Origin: Gemmatimonadota bacterium
GTDB taxonomy: Bacteria > Gemmatimonadota > Gemmatimonadetes > Gemmatimonadales > GWC2-71-9
Assembly (NCBI GenBank): GCA_036679605.1
Contig: JAZDCZ010000243.1
Span: 1 to 64,000, forward strand
Direction: 5' to 3'
Length of the DNA stretch: 64,000 bases
Both the position numbers and the translations under genes were made by a program. Shown in pieces: positions 18,166 through 27,241 of the stretch; the first letter of the stretch is position 1, and each line of letters opens with the position of its first letter. The notes beneath the pieces were generated by a model. That model had not been told where the DNA came from. It was given only the letters and a program-made list of their open reading frames with translations, and searched no databases.

Positions 18166-20820
18166 ATGTCCGACTTCTTCGAACGTCTCAGCAAAGCCCT
18201 CGAGGATCGCTACGTTATCGGCTCCGAACTCGGCGCTGGTGGGATGGCTATAGTGTATCTCGCCGAGGACCTGAAGCACCATCGCAAGGTAGCGGTTAAG
18301 GTCCTGCGGCCCGATTTGGCAGCGACACTCGGCTCCGAGCGATTTCTCCGCGAGATCGAGGTCGCCGCCGGGCTGCATCATCCCCACATCTTGCCCCTCT
18401 ACGACTCGGGCGAGGCCGACGGTTTCCTATACTACGTGATGCCCTATGAGGAAGGCGAGTCGCTGCGGGAGAAGCTGGCGAAGGAAGGTGAGCTACCCGT
18501 CATGGAGGCTGTGCGGTTCCTGAGAGATGTGGTGGATGCGCTGGCCCACGCGCACAAGCACGGTGTGGTTCACAGGGACATCAAGCCGGACAACGTCATG
18601 TTATCGGGCAGGCACGCTTTGGTGACTGACTTCGGCGTGGCCAAAGCTGTCACAGAAGCCACGGGCCGACAGCAGCTCACGACGGCGGGGGTGGCACTCG
18701 GCACGCCCGCATACATGTCTCCCGAGCAGGCCGCTGCCAATCCGCACATCGACCACAGAGCCGACATCTATGCCGTTGGTGCTTTGGCCTATGAGCTGCT
18801 CACCGGTCGCCCGCCTTTCATGGGCACCACGCCTCAGGCAGTGTTGTCGGCGCACGTCACCGAACCTCCGGAACCGGTAACGAAACACCGCGAGACCGTG
18901 CCACCGGTGCTCGCGCAGCTCGTAATGCGGTGTTTGGAGAAAAAGCCCGCCGATAGGTGGCAGAGTGCGGAGGAGTTGTTGCCACAACTAGAGGCGTTGG
19001 CCACACCGAGTGGAGGGTTAACGCCCACCGATACTGTGCCCATCCAGGTCGCCCATCGTGTCACTGGGCGACCGACGACGACTGTGGCGGTCATGGTTGC
19101 GATCGTCGTGCTGGCGATAGGGACCGCGGGCGTATTGTTCATGAAGCGCGAACCTAACATTGTCGCTGTGGGTGCTCAGACAAAGCTGACGAGCGCGCCC
19201 GGCCTCGAGCTAGACCCGGCGATCTCTCCCGATGGAAGGATGGTGGCCTACGCGGCGGGTCCGGCAGGGCGTATGCACATCCAAGTTCAACAGGTAGCTG
19301 GAACGCGGGCGGCTGACCTGACGGGCGGATTACCCGGCGACCATCGTTGGCCCCAATGGTCGCCCGACGGAACGCAGATTCTGTTCCAGGCGTCCCCGGG
19401 CGGAATCTATGTGGTTCCGGCGCCGCTTGGAGGCACGCCCAAACGTATCGCGCAGCGTGGTTTCAGTCCGGCCTGGTCGCCCGACGGACGGGAGGTCATT
19501 TATGCGGTGGACAGCAATATCTATGTTCAGCCAGCAGACCGGGGCGATCCGAGAAGAATTGCGAACGATTTTGAGCCACATTCGTTTCAGTGGTCACGCG
19601 ACGGATCACGCATCGGATATGTGTCCGGCAACTCGGCTTATGTGTTCGGGTCCACAGAGCTAGGGAACATCGCACCGAGTACTCTTAGGATCTTCACTAT
19701 CGAAGGTGAACTCCATACAGATCTCAGCGCTGAACCGTATCTTTACGTGAGTCCGGTCTGGCTCCCCGGCGACAACCAGCTGTTGTACGTGTCGGATAAG
19801 GGTGGAACGCGGGACATGTACCAACTTGGTATCACTCGCTCGGGCGAGCGCGCCGGGCAGCCCCTCCGGCTGACGACAGGTCTGAATGTCCTGACGATGA
19901 GCCTCTCCGGGGACGCCACGACTCTGGCATACTCGGTATTCAGAAACGAAGCGAACATATGGGCGATTGACATTCCCGCTCGAGGTACGATTTCGAGTGC
20001 GGAGGCGCAGCCGGTGACGTTCGGCAGCCAGTCGGTCGAGGGTATCGGGGTCTCACCCGATGGTCGATGGTTGGTGTTCGATTCGAATCGCAGTGGGAAT
20101 CAAGACATCTATCGGGTTCAACTTCCGGATGGAGAGCCCGAGCAGCTCACGACTCACCCGGCAGATGACTTTATTCCCTCGTGGTCGCCGGACGGTCAGG
20201 AAATCGCGTTCTACTCATTCCGGCAGGGTACCAGAGACCTCCATCTAATGAGTGCGGACGGTAGCTCATTGCAACGAGTGACCGACGATCCGGCGCAAGA
20301 GCGCTATCCAGATTGGTCTCCCGATGGTAACAGTTTGGTTTTCTACGCCGACAAGACTGGTTCGCAGGAGCTATACCTCATCTCGCGCGAGGACCGTTCG
20401 TCGAGTTGGGGCGAACCACGGCAACTTACGTCCGACGAAGGCCATGAGCCACGATGGTCGCCCGACGGGCGCTGGATCGCGTATGTCAGCGGAGCAACAC
20501 TTCGAGTCGTTTTGCCTGAGGGTGGTGATCCTCGCACGTTGGCTGGGGGTGCTGCCGCAGTGGGGGACCCTGTGCCAATCTTCCCCGAATGGTCGTCCGA
20601 TGGGCAAACAGTCTATTACAAGGGTGTAGGCTCGGACGGGTCGGCTAGTTTCTGGGCCGTTCCCGTGGTCGGCGGTACTCCGCGATTGCTAGTTCGGTTC
20701 GATGATCCTACGCGGCCGTCCAATCGACCGGAGTTCACGACCGACGGCAAGCGTTTCTTTTTCACGGTTGGACGGCGCGAGAGTGATATTTGGCTCATGG
20801 AGCTGATTCCACCGAAGTAG
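18166..20820 (+). CDS. Ser/Thr protein kinase with TM helix and two PD40/TolB propellers
   Basis: LGAGGMAIVY, VAVK, HRDIKPDN, DFG, GTPAYMSPE; TM segment; WSPDG repeats. Confidence 0.95.
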   Translation: MSDFFERLSKALEDRYVIGSELGAGGMAIVYLAEDLKHHRKVAVKVLRPDLAATLGSERFLREIEVAAGLHHPHILPLYDSGEADGFLYYVMPYEEGESLREKLAKEGELPVMEAVRFLRDVVDALAHAHKHGVVHRDIKPDNVMLSGRHALVTDFGVAKAVTEATGRQQLTTAGVALGTPAYMSPEQAAANPHIDHRADIYAVGALAYELLTGRPPFMGTTPQAVLSAHVTEPPEPVTKHRETVPPVLAQLVMRCLEKKPADRWQSAEELLPQLEALATPSGGLTPTDTVPIQVAHRVTGRPTTTVAVMVAIVVLAIGTAGVLFMKREPNIVAVGAQTKLTSAPGLELDPAISPDGRMVAYAAGPAGRMHIQVQQVAGTRAADLTGGLPGDHRWPQWSPDGTQILFQASPGGIYVVPAPLGGTPKRIAQRGFSPAWSPDGREVIYAVDSNIYVQPADRGDPRRIANDFEPHSFQWSRDGSRIGYVSGNSAYVFGSTELGNIAPSTLRIFTIEGELHTDLSAEPYLYVSPVWLPGDNQLLYVSDKGGTRDMYQLGITRSGERAGQPLRLTTGLNVLTMSLSGDATTLAYSVFRNEANIWAIDIPARGTISSAEAQPVTFGSQSVEGIGVSPDGRWLVFDSNRSGNQDIYRVQLPDGEPEQLTTHPADDFIPSWSPDGQEIAFYSFRQGTRDLHLMSADGSSLQRVTDDPAQERYPDWSPDGNSLVFYADKTGSQELYLISREDRSSSWGEPRQLTSDEGHEPRWSPDGRWIAYVSGATLRVVLPEGGDPRTLAGGAAAVGDPVPIFPEWSSDGQTVYYKGVGSDGSASFWAVPVVGGTPRLLVRFDDPTRPSNRPEFTTDGKRFFFTVGRRESDIWLMELIPPK

Positions 20821-20839
20821 GGTGCGTCTTTCAAGACGC
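20817..20839 (+). repeat. GTAG-tagged short palindrome at kinase stop (REP-like or terminator)
   Basis: GTAG-GGT-GCGTCTT-TC-AAGACGC followed by TTTT. Confidence 0.45.
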
Positions 20840-20928
20840 TTTTCTTGGCCGAGCGCGGCCTTTAGGCCGGGACCAATGCATCCGTTCAGGCCTTCGCGCC
20901 GTCGCTGCCCCCCTTTTCTCCACCCAAG

Positions 20929-21339
20929 TCATACCGCCGAACTCACCCGCTCCCTTCCATTCCACCACCCAGCTCCGATCGCCACGGTGAGTGCTCCAAC
21001 CACGACCGGCCCCAGGCCAACGGGGGATGTCGCCGTCGCCGCCATCGCGATCGCGAAGAACGCGGTCAGTCCTGCGAGCAACGGCGTGACCGACAGGGAT
21101 AAGACGCGCCGCATCGAACCGCGGCGAGCATCAATTGTGACGAGATCCGCCATGACGTCGTCCACCAGCTCTGGTCGCGGCGCCTCTTCGGCGCTGAGCG
21201 CACCATGCACCGATTGAAGCCTGCCGAGTTCTTCGCGACAACTGGTACAGTCATGGAGGTGATCGAGCAACTCGTCCACCTGCCAGTCGACTGCAGATCC
21301 GATGGATACCAGCCGGTCGAGATCAAGACAACGATTCAT
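20929..21339 (-). CDS. Zinc-binding anti-sigma factor with two TM helices
   Basis: HLHDCTSC (HxxxCxxC); ATGA overlap with the sigma factor stop. Confidence 0.8.
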   Translation of the reverse strand: MNRCLDLDRLVSIGSAVDWQVDELLDHLHDCTSCREELGRLQSVHGALSAEEAPRPELVDDVMADLVTIDARRGSMRRVLSLSVTPLLAGLTAFFAIAMAATATSPVGLGPVVVGALTVAIGAGWWNGRERVSSAV

Positions 21340-21881
21340 TGTACCCATACCTCCAGTGGCGCGCGCAGTTTCTTGAGCGCGCTGTGTAGTGAAGCTTTGA
21401 CCGTGCCCTCAGCGCAGCCGAGCAGCGCAGCGCACTCGCGCGTGGTCCGCTGCTCGAGCATTCTGAGTATTACGACGTCCCGCTCTCGGTCGGGCAGATC
21501 GAGCAACGCTCGACGCATCGAGCGCGCTAGTTCATGCTGTTCGGCCAGGCGTGACGGATCGGGACCGGAACTTCCCATATGGAGCGAAGGGTCCGGATCG
21601 AACCGGGCTCGCGACTTGTGGCGCGCTACATTTGCCAAGCCGACGGTGCGTGCAATCGCGAGCAGCCAGCCCAACATGGTCCCTGTTGCGGCAAACGTGC
21701 GCCGTTTGTTGTAGGCGCGATGCCAAATATCTTGCAGTAGATCGTGTGCCTCGTCTTCGTCATCGACGAAGGAGCGTACAACCGCTAACAAACGAGGAGA
21801 GTATTGCTGAACGATTGTCCTGAAGACCGAGTGGTCGCCCGCTCGGAACCGCGCGACATCTAGATCGTGCTCGAAACTCAC
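21336..21881 (-). CDS. ECF RNA polymerase sigma-70 factor
   Basis: Region 2 DLLQDIW..WLLAIART; region 4 LPDRERDVV..ECAALLGCAEGTVKASLH. Confidence 0.92.
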   Translation of the reverse strand: MSFEHDLDVARFRAGDHSVFRTIVQQYSPRLLAVVRSFVDDEDEAHDLLQDIWHRAYNKRRTFAATGTMLGWLLAIARTVGLANVARHKSRARFDPDPSLHMGSSGPDPSRLAEQHELARSMRRALLDLPDRERDVVILRMLEQRTTRECAALLGCAEGTVKASLHSALKKLRAPLEVWVQ

Positions 21882-22642
21882 GCCGTCGACACCTTACTTT
21901 CACCGGTCCATAGCAGGACGGCAGTCGGGATAGCGAGGCCGAGCACCAGCACAGGTGGAATGATCAATACGAACATACCGGCAAAAAATACCGGTCCCGC
22001 TGCCTGTAGTACAACAAGTTCGAAACTGTTTTCGCCCGCCAAGTATGTCGAGACGACCAGGAACAGGCCCATCGCCCAATACATGAGATGCACAAGCTCA
22101 CGTTTGCCGATGCGGCGCGCCCAAAACCCTAGCAGCAGTCCGATTGTCCCAAACAGCAGGGGTTGTACCACGGCGGCAAGTCGTCTAGTGTAGTGCCAAA
22201 CCAATATGTTCGTTTCCTTCCAGTCGAGCGAGAGCCCGTCCAGCCCAACCCGACGCTCCATGGCGAGAGCGGCTGTTCGCGCCTCCGCCTTGAGATTGCC
22301 GAGACTCATAGCGTTCGGTTCGCCCAATTCGCTGCCGCCGGCCGCCGCGGGACCCACGTACGCTACGAGCACAAACGTCAGCAGCGCCAGAGTCAACATG
22401 GCGGCAGCGGCAACACCGGACGTTCGGAAATCGATTCCCCCACTTCGTGGGAAGACGTTGTCGACCACGGAGATCCCTGCAGGAAACGCGCTTAGGACAA
22501 AGGCGAGCCCACCCCAGAATGGTACGTTGCCCAAGACGCCGGCGACCCCGCCTCCGGTGACGAGGGTGATGCCGGACAGCAATGCGAGTAGGATGGCCGT
22601 CCAACCAAGAACAGTCTTGAAGAATTTGAGGAAGACCTTCAT
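21878..22642 (-). CDS. Multi-pass membrane protein of unknown function
   Basis: About six hydrophobic segments; GGAGG RBS before ATG 22642; GTGA overlap with sigma. Confidence 0.75.
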   Translation of the reverse strand: MKVFLKFFKTVLGWTAILLALLSGITLVTGGGVAGVLGNVPFWGGLAFVLSAFPAGISVVDNVFPRSGGIDFRTSGVAAAAMLTLALLTFVLVAYVGPAAAGGSELGEPNAMSLGNLKAEARTAALAMERRVGLDGLSLDWKETNILVWHYTRRLAAVVQPLLFGTIGLLLGFWARRIGKRELVHLMYWAMGLFLVVSTYLAGENSFELVVLQAAGPVFFAGMFVLIIPPVLVLGLAIPTAVLLWTGESKVSTA

Positions 22643-22953
22643 GTGACCCCTCCCGGGACCGGGTTTCATGTTTCTCTCTTGGAGATGGGTCGACTGGAGA
22701 ATCGGTTTATTTGAAGCCCGAGGCAAGAGTCCGAGGGCGGGCTCCTGGCATGCTGCCGTACCTAGATGTATCCTTATTGCGATTCGACCAAGGTGGGCGG
22801 CCTACCGCCCATGGACCTCATGCAGCATCGCGCCGTCACTCTCAGCACGCTCTCCCGTTTTCCGAGGCATTCCCTCGGGACGCGAGGCCGTCCTCAGGCC
22901 ACCGCCGTGGCATTTCAGTGGCGTCGTGTCCACCATCCTCACTGGAGAGAAAT

Positions 22954-23745
22954 ATGAAGAAACCGATCCTCGCGTTCGCGCTCATGCTTGTTCTAGCCGT
23001 CCCCAGCTATCTGGTGGCCCAGGACGACTATTCAGAGAGCGAACTTGTAGTTGTGACCTCCATACGGGTTATTCCCAAGGACGCGGAGCGATTTTCGGCC
23101 GCCGTCCACAAGATCGTCGAGGCGGCTGAACAGGCGAAGCTGGGCCCCGACTTCGGATGGGGCGTCTGGACCGACGAATTCGTCTATCATATCGTCGGCA
23201 CCGAGAAGAATATGGCCGCCCTCGACGGTGGCGATGAGCGGTGGATGAAGCAGTTCGAGGGAACGCCTGGCCAAGCGACGCTTGCAGCGGCGTTCGCAGA
23301 GCTGACGGACATTCCCACGGAGAATCTGGGATCGGAAATCGTTCAGGTCGTACCGGAATGGTCGTATGGCTTGGATAAGATCCCGGAACAGCCCGGCTTT
23401 GCGGAGGTTTGCGAATACTCCTTAGCATCCGGCATGGACGAAAAATGGGACGCCTTGTATAAGGATTACATAGGAATTCTCACTAAGCTCGGCTATCCCT
23501 ACGGACATATCGGCCATCGTTTTCGGTTCGGTTCGCCGGCCGCTCATGTTGGCGTAACGATTTACGACTCGAAGGAATATTTCTTCGGACGAAACGATGT
23601 CGAGCGGTTGGTGGAACAGAAAGGAATGGGCGACGCTTGGGGTAAACTGCTCGCCGACTTTTTGCCCACTGTGACCGGCGTGAGTTGTTCGCACCTGGCC
23701 TATGTGCCGGATATGAGCTACCAGCCTACACCTGCTACTCAATAA
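22954..23745 (+). CDS. Exported hypothetical protein, two-repeat (NIPSNAP/dimeric alpha-beta barrel-like)
   Basis: GGAG RBS, MKK signal peptide; pattern shared with 34348-35112. Confidence 0.75.
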   Translation: MKKPILAFALMLVLAVPSYLVAQDDYSESELVVVTSIRVIPKDAERFSAAVHKIVEAAEQAKLGPDFGWGVWTDEFVYHIVGTEKNMAALDGGDERWMKQFEGTPGQATLAAAFAELTDIPTENLGSEIVQVVPEWSYGLDKIPEQPGFAEVCEYSLASGMDEKWDALYKDYIGILTKLGYPYGHIGHRFRFGSPAAHVGVTIYDSKEYFFGRNDVERLVEQKGMGDAWGKLLADFLPTVTGVSCSHLAYVPDMSYQPTPATQ

Positions 23746-23754
23746 CTCACAACA

Positions 23755-23782
23755 CAGGGGCGGCTCCGTGGAGTCGCCCCTG
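23755..23782. terminator. GC-rich hairpin, probable terminator
   Basis: CAGGGGCGGCTCC-GT-GGAGTCGCCCCTG just after the stop codon; no strong T tract. Confidence 0.5.
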
Positions 23783-23820
23783 GATCCCCTAACGTCAGGC
23801 GTGGGTTTCTGTTCTAGGGG

Positions 23821-24009
23821 CTAAATTCGCCTCGAGAACCACGGGCTCGATCGCCGCGCATCTCGGGCAGGTCGCCCTCCCACAGCCCGGATGCGGCGCA
23901 CGAAATCGGCCAAGGCGCGATTCACAGTGGCGGAATACGTGCGCTCTTCGCCCAGCCTGCGCGCCTCCTTGAGTAACTGCTCATCGAGCATAAGAGTCGT
24001 ACGTTTCAT
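23821..24009 (-). pseudogene. vapB: Decayed VapB-family antitoxin (frameshifting deletion); toxin gene lost
   Basis: MKRTTLMLDEQLLKEARRLGEERTYSATVNRALADFVRRIRA, then the expected tail GLWEGDLPEMRGDR in another frame; no PIN gene follows. Confidence 0.7.
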
Positions 24010-24131
24010 ATGTATATAATGAGCGGGCTCCGGGTGGCTGCCAAGTCGCCGGAAGATCCCTTCATCGCCTCCCCATGTTCCCGTCTCTCCTTTGAGGCGC
24101 TCCAGGGTCAGGGGTAACATCGGATTACCTG

Positions 24132-24293
24132 TTACTGCCTTCCGGCACTGATGCCGACGATCTTACGGCAGTGAGGGCAACAGAATACGCGGTTTATGGC
24201 GAACCACCCGCGCTTTACCTCGGTCAGTTTATCGAGCGTCCGTTCGCAAAAGGGACACACGGGGTTCACGTCTTCCTTCTCTATTTTTACCAT
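24132..24293 (-). CDS. Small zinc-ribbon protein (53 aa)
   Basis: CPFC...CCPHC; AGAGAGGG upstream of ATG 24293. Confidence 0.75.
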   Translation of the reverse strand: MVKIEKEDVNPVCPFCERTLDKLTEVKRGWFAINRVFCCPHCRKIVGISAGRQ

Positions 24294-24589
24294 CGAAGAT
24301 CCCTCTCTGGAGTTTGTTTCACGCAAACGCCGGCATGACGGCAACGTCGCTCCCAATGTGCGACTCTATATCCGTCGGCACCAGGGCGGGAGACCTCGCC
24401 TTTTCGTGGTAACGGATAGCCCAAGGAAAAGCGTAATGACGTAACAGAAACGGGGTAATAAATAGTGTTCTGTTACCACCATTAGTGGTCCATTACCCCA
24501 TTTCCCCGCAGTAGGTGCGGGCCCCCGGCTCCTGGATATGCGGCTAGCCATAACGACATTTACTCCCGCGTTAATGTCAGCCAAAGCTA

Positions 24590-24625
24590 TTGCATATATA
24601 TTACATATGACGTAATATGTATGTC
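24590..24625 (+). promoter_or_regulatory. Sigma70 promoter with overlapping operator palindrome (leaderless vapBC)
   Basis: TTGCAT-17-TAATAT-7-ATG; inverted repeat CATATATATTAC-7-GTAATATGTATG (24593-24623). Confidence 0.7.
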
Positions 24626-24856
24626 ATGAAACGGACTACGATCTTTCTGGACGAGCCGCTCCTGACCAGGGCCCAACGACTCGCCGCCCGCGAGGGACGG
24701 AGCTTCGCCTCCGTAGTCAGGGAAGCGCTTGTCACCTACCTGGATGTGCGGCCGGCCGCTCAGGGACTGCCCAGAATAGCTGGCGCGTTTGAAAGCGGAT
24801 TTCGGGATACGTCGGAGAGAGTCGACGAGCTGCTCTGGGCCGATCCAGACGAATGA
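24626..24856 (+). CDS. vapB: RHH/CopG-family antitoxin
   Basis: MKRTTIFLDE..LAAREGRSFASVVREAL; ATGA overlap with PIN gene. Confidence 0.85.
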   Translation: MKRTTIFLDEPLLTRAQRLAAREGRSFASVVREALVTYLDVRPAAQGLPRIAGAFESGFRDTSERVDELLWADPDE

Positions 24857-25266
24857 CCGTCGTGGCAGATACTGGTGCCATGTATGCGCTGGTCGATCGA
24901 AGCGACGCGTGGCACGAGCGGGTCACCTCTTGGTGGACTGCGAAACCTCGGGACGTGCTCGTACCGGTAACGACCCTGCCGGAGATCACCTATCTCCTCG
25001 GGCGTCGCATTGGAGCCCGCGCGGAAACCGCCTTCGTGCATTCGTTCGGGGAGGGTGAACTCCAGTGGATCGGGCTCGACCAATCAGACGTCCGGCGGGC
25101 CGCGGACTTGATGGAGATCTACGGTGACACTCCGCTTGGCTTCGTCGATGCATCCGTCGTCGCAATTGCCGAACGACTGGGCGCGGTGACCATCCTTACG
25201 TCCGACCGCCGCCACTTCTCTATCGTGAGGCCTGCGCACGCACCAGCGTTTGAACTGGTGCCGTAG
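24853..25266 (+). CDS. vapC: PIN-domain toxin
   Basis: VVADTG, TLPE, FVDASVVAIAERL, TSDRRHF acidic PIN motifs. Confidence 0.92.
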   Translation: MTVVADTGAMYALVDRSDAWHERVTSWWTAKPRDVLVPVTTLPEITYLLGRRIGARAETAFVHSFGEGELQWIGLDQSDVRRAADLMEIYGDTPLGFVDASVVAIAERLGAVTILTSDRRHFSIVRPAHAPAFELVP

Positions 25267-25284
25267 GTCGGTTCGGCCTACGTG

Positions 25285-26247
25285 TTATCCCGGAATCTCA
25301 CCCCGCAATATCGCCGCGAGTTTGGGCGGGTCGATGTTTCCACCCGACACGATACAAACCACCGTGCCGGTTCCCTTTGCTCCGGCTAGTGCCGCCGCAA
25401 CAGGTGCGGCCCCGGCACCTTCGGCCACTACGTGGTTTCGTTCGACCAAAGTTCTTATAGCGTCCGCCACGCGGTCGACCGGTGTTACCAGTGAGCCCGC
25501 AAGTAGTTGCTTGGCGAGCGGCCACATCTCTGCGAGCACACTCTTCCCCCCGATTCCGTCGATGAAGCTCGGTTTGTAATCTGCCTCCACGGGCTCTCCG
25601 TGCGCGAGTGACCGAGCCAGCGGTGCTGCCGTTTCCACTTCACATGCATACACTTTCGTACTCGGCTGCAGAGCACGAAACGCCGACGCGATTCCGCAGC
25701 TCAAGCCACCGCCACCGTAGGGCACGAGCACTTTGTCCACTTTGGTGAACTCATCGAGGATCTCCAGTCCGATGGTCGCGTTGCCCGCAATCACGTCGGG
25801 GTTGCTAACAGGGTGAATGAACAACCCATCGAGCCCGGCATAACTGTGAGTGACAATGACTTGCCACCACTCGTCGAACGGAACCTTGATAATACGAGCG
25901 CCGAGTCGTTCGATCGCGTCGAGCTTGGTCCGCGGGGCGTGGTCTGGGACAACGACATGGCAGGGTATCCCAAGTTTCTTGGCGTTCCACGCCAATCCCT
26001 GCGCCATGTTGCCCGCACTCGCCGTGTATACCCCGTCCTGCAATTGAGCCTTGTCCATCTTGAGCAACACATTGGCCGCGCCGCGAATCTTGAACGAACC
26101 GACCGGCTGCAGGTTCTCCAACTTCAGATAGATTGGGGCGGGCGCGTCGACGTTGAGTCGAATGAGGGGCGTACGTAACGCGGTACCCGCGATCCGTTCC
26201 TTCGCAGCGATGATGTCATCTAGGGGAATGGGCTCAAGGGGTCGCAA
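25285..26247 (-). CDS. PLP-dependent threonine/serine dehydratase or racemase family, no ACT domain
   Basis: LKLENLQPVGSFKIRGA, SAGNMAQG, GGGGL, SGGNID; GGAGG then TTG at 26247. Confidence 0.88.
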   Translation of the reverse strand: MRPLEPIPLDDIIAAKERIAGTALRTPLIRLNVDAPAPIYLKLENLQPVGSFKIRGAANVLLKMDKAQLQDGVYTASAGNMAQGLAWNAKKLGIPCHVVVPDHAPRTKLDAIERLGARIIKVPFDEWWQVIVTHSYAGLDGLFIHPVSNPDVIAGNATIGLEILDEFTKVDKVLVPYGGGGLSCGIASAFRALQPSTKVYACEVETAAPLARSLAHGEPVEADYKPSFIDGIGGKSVLAEMWPLAKQLLAGSLVTPVDRVADAIRTLVERNHVVAEGAGAAPVAAALAGAKGTGTVVCIVSGGNIDPPKLAAILRGEIPG

Positions 26248-27241
26248 GCGTGGGTCCTCCAAGTTCAACCGACACACCGGCACCTGTTTCTGCGGCCCGG
26301 TTGTAGACGAAGTGCGCAGCTGCCAAGTCCTCGACGGCCAGGCCCAATGATTTGAAGAGTGTGATCTCGTTGGGTGATTCGCGGCCGCTTAGTTTCCCGA
26401 GCAGGATGTCACCGATCTCTCCCACGATGTGACTTTCGTCCAGCACGCCCTCATTCTTTGGGAATAGAAAATCGCCGGCCTCGGTGACGGTGGATTCCAC
26501 GCGGTCGACGAAGAGGCGGGACTTGAGAACGGCGGAGGTGTCCAACTCTCGCGTGTGGCGCACGCTCGACCCGACCGCGTTCACGTGACATCCAGCGGCG
26601 AGCCAGTCGCCCATCACAACGGGGTCATTGGAGGATGTTGTCGTGCAGACGATGTCGGCGTCTAGTACTGCGTGGCGTGCGGAGTCTACCGCATCAACCG
26701 CGATACCGAGCGCGTCGGCAGCCTCTTCAGCCAAATGTTCTCGGCGCGCGGCGCTCCGGCTGTAGACTTTGGCTTGGCGAATCGGGCGCACAGCGACCAT
26801 TGCTTCAAGGTGCGTCCGCGCCTGCACGCCCGACCCGATGATCGCAAGGATGGCAGCGTCGTCACGGGCTAGTATGCGTGTTGCTGCTCCAGAGGCAGCC
26901 GCGGTACGAATTGCAGTGATCTCGCTCGCGTCCAGTATCGCGACAGGCGATCCGTGTTCGGTCTCAAACAGCATGACCGCACCTTGGTGTGAATCGTAGG
27001 CGGTGCCGTGGTTACCCGGAAACACGGACACGACTTTCAGTCCGAAAGTTTGGGGTTCGCTCATGTAACCCGGCATGAGTCCCAAAATTCCCAGGTTGTC
27101 GGGAAGCCGAATGCCCTGCCGCAATGGGTTGATCGCCTTGTCTCGCGCGAGGGTCATGAGTGCTTCGTCCATCAGGTCGATGCACGTCCGCATCGGCAAG
27201 AGTTGGCGGACTTCTGAAGCCGAGATTACTAGACAGGTCAA
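26234..27241 (-). CDS. Ornithine cyclodeaminase/mu-crystallin family protein
   Basis: ITAIRTAAAS, IGSGVQARTH, FKSLGLAVED; TTGA overlap with upstream stop (start inferred). Confidence 0.9.
   Translation of the reverse strand: MTCLVISASEVRQLLPMRTCIDLMDEALMTLARDKAINPLRQGIRLPDNLGILGLMPGYMSEPQTFGLKVVSVFPGNHGTAYDSHQGAVMLFETEHGSPVAILDASEITAIRTAAASGAATRILARDDAAILAIIGSGVQARTHLEAMVAVRPIRQAKVYSRSAARREHLAEEAADALGIAVDAVDSARHAVLDADIVCTTTSSNDPVVMGDWLAAGCHVNAVGSSVRHTRELDTSAVLKSRLFVDRVESTVTEAGDFLFPKNEGVLDESHIVGEIGDILLGKLSGRESPNEITLFKSLGLAVEDLAAAHFVYNRAAETGAGVSVELGGPTLATP

Noticed and set aside
23790..25270. Mobile element or prophage around the TA genes
   Set aside because: No integrase, transposase, terminal repeats or tRNA target visible
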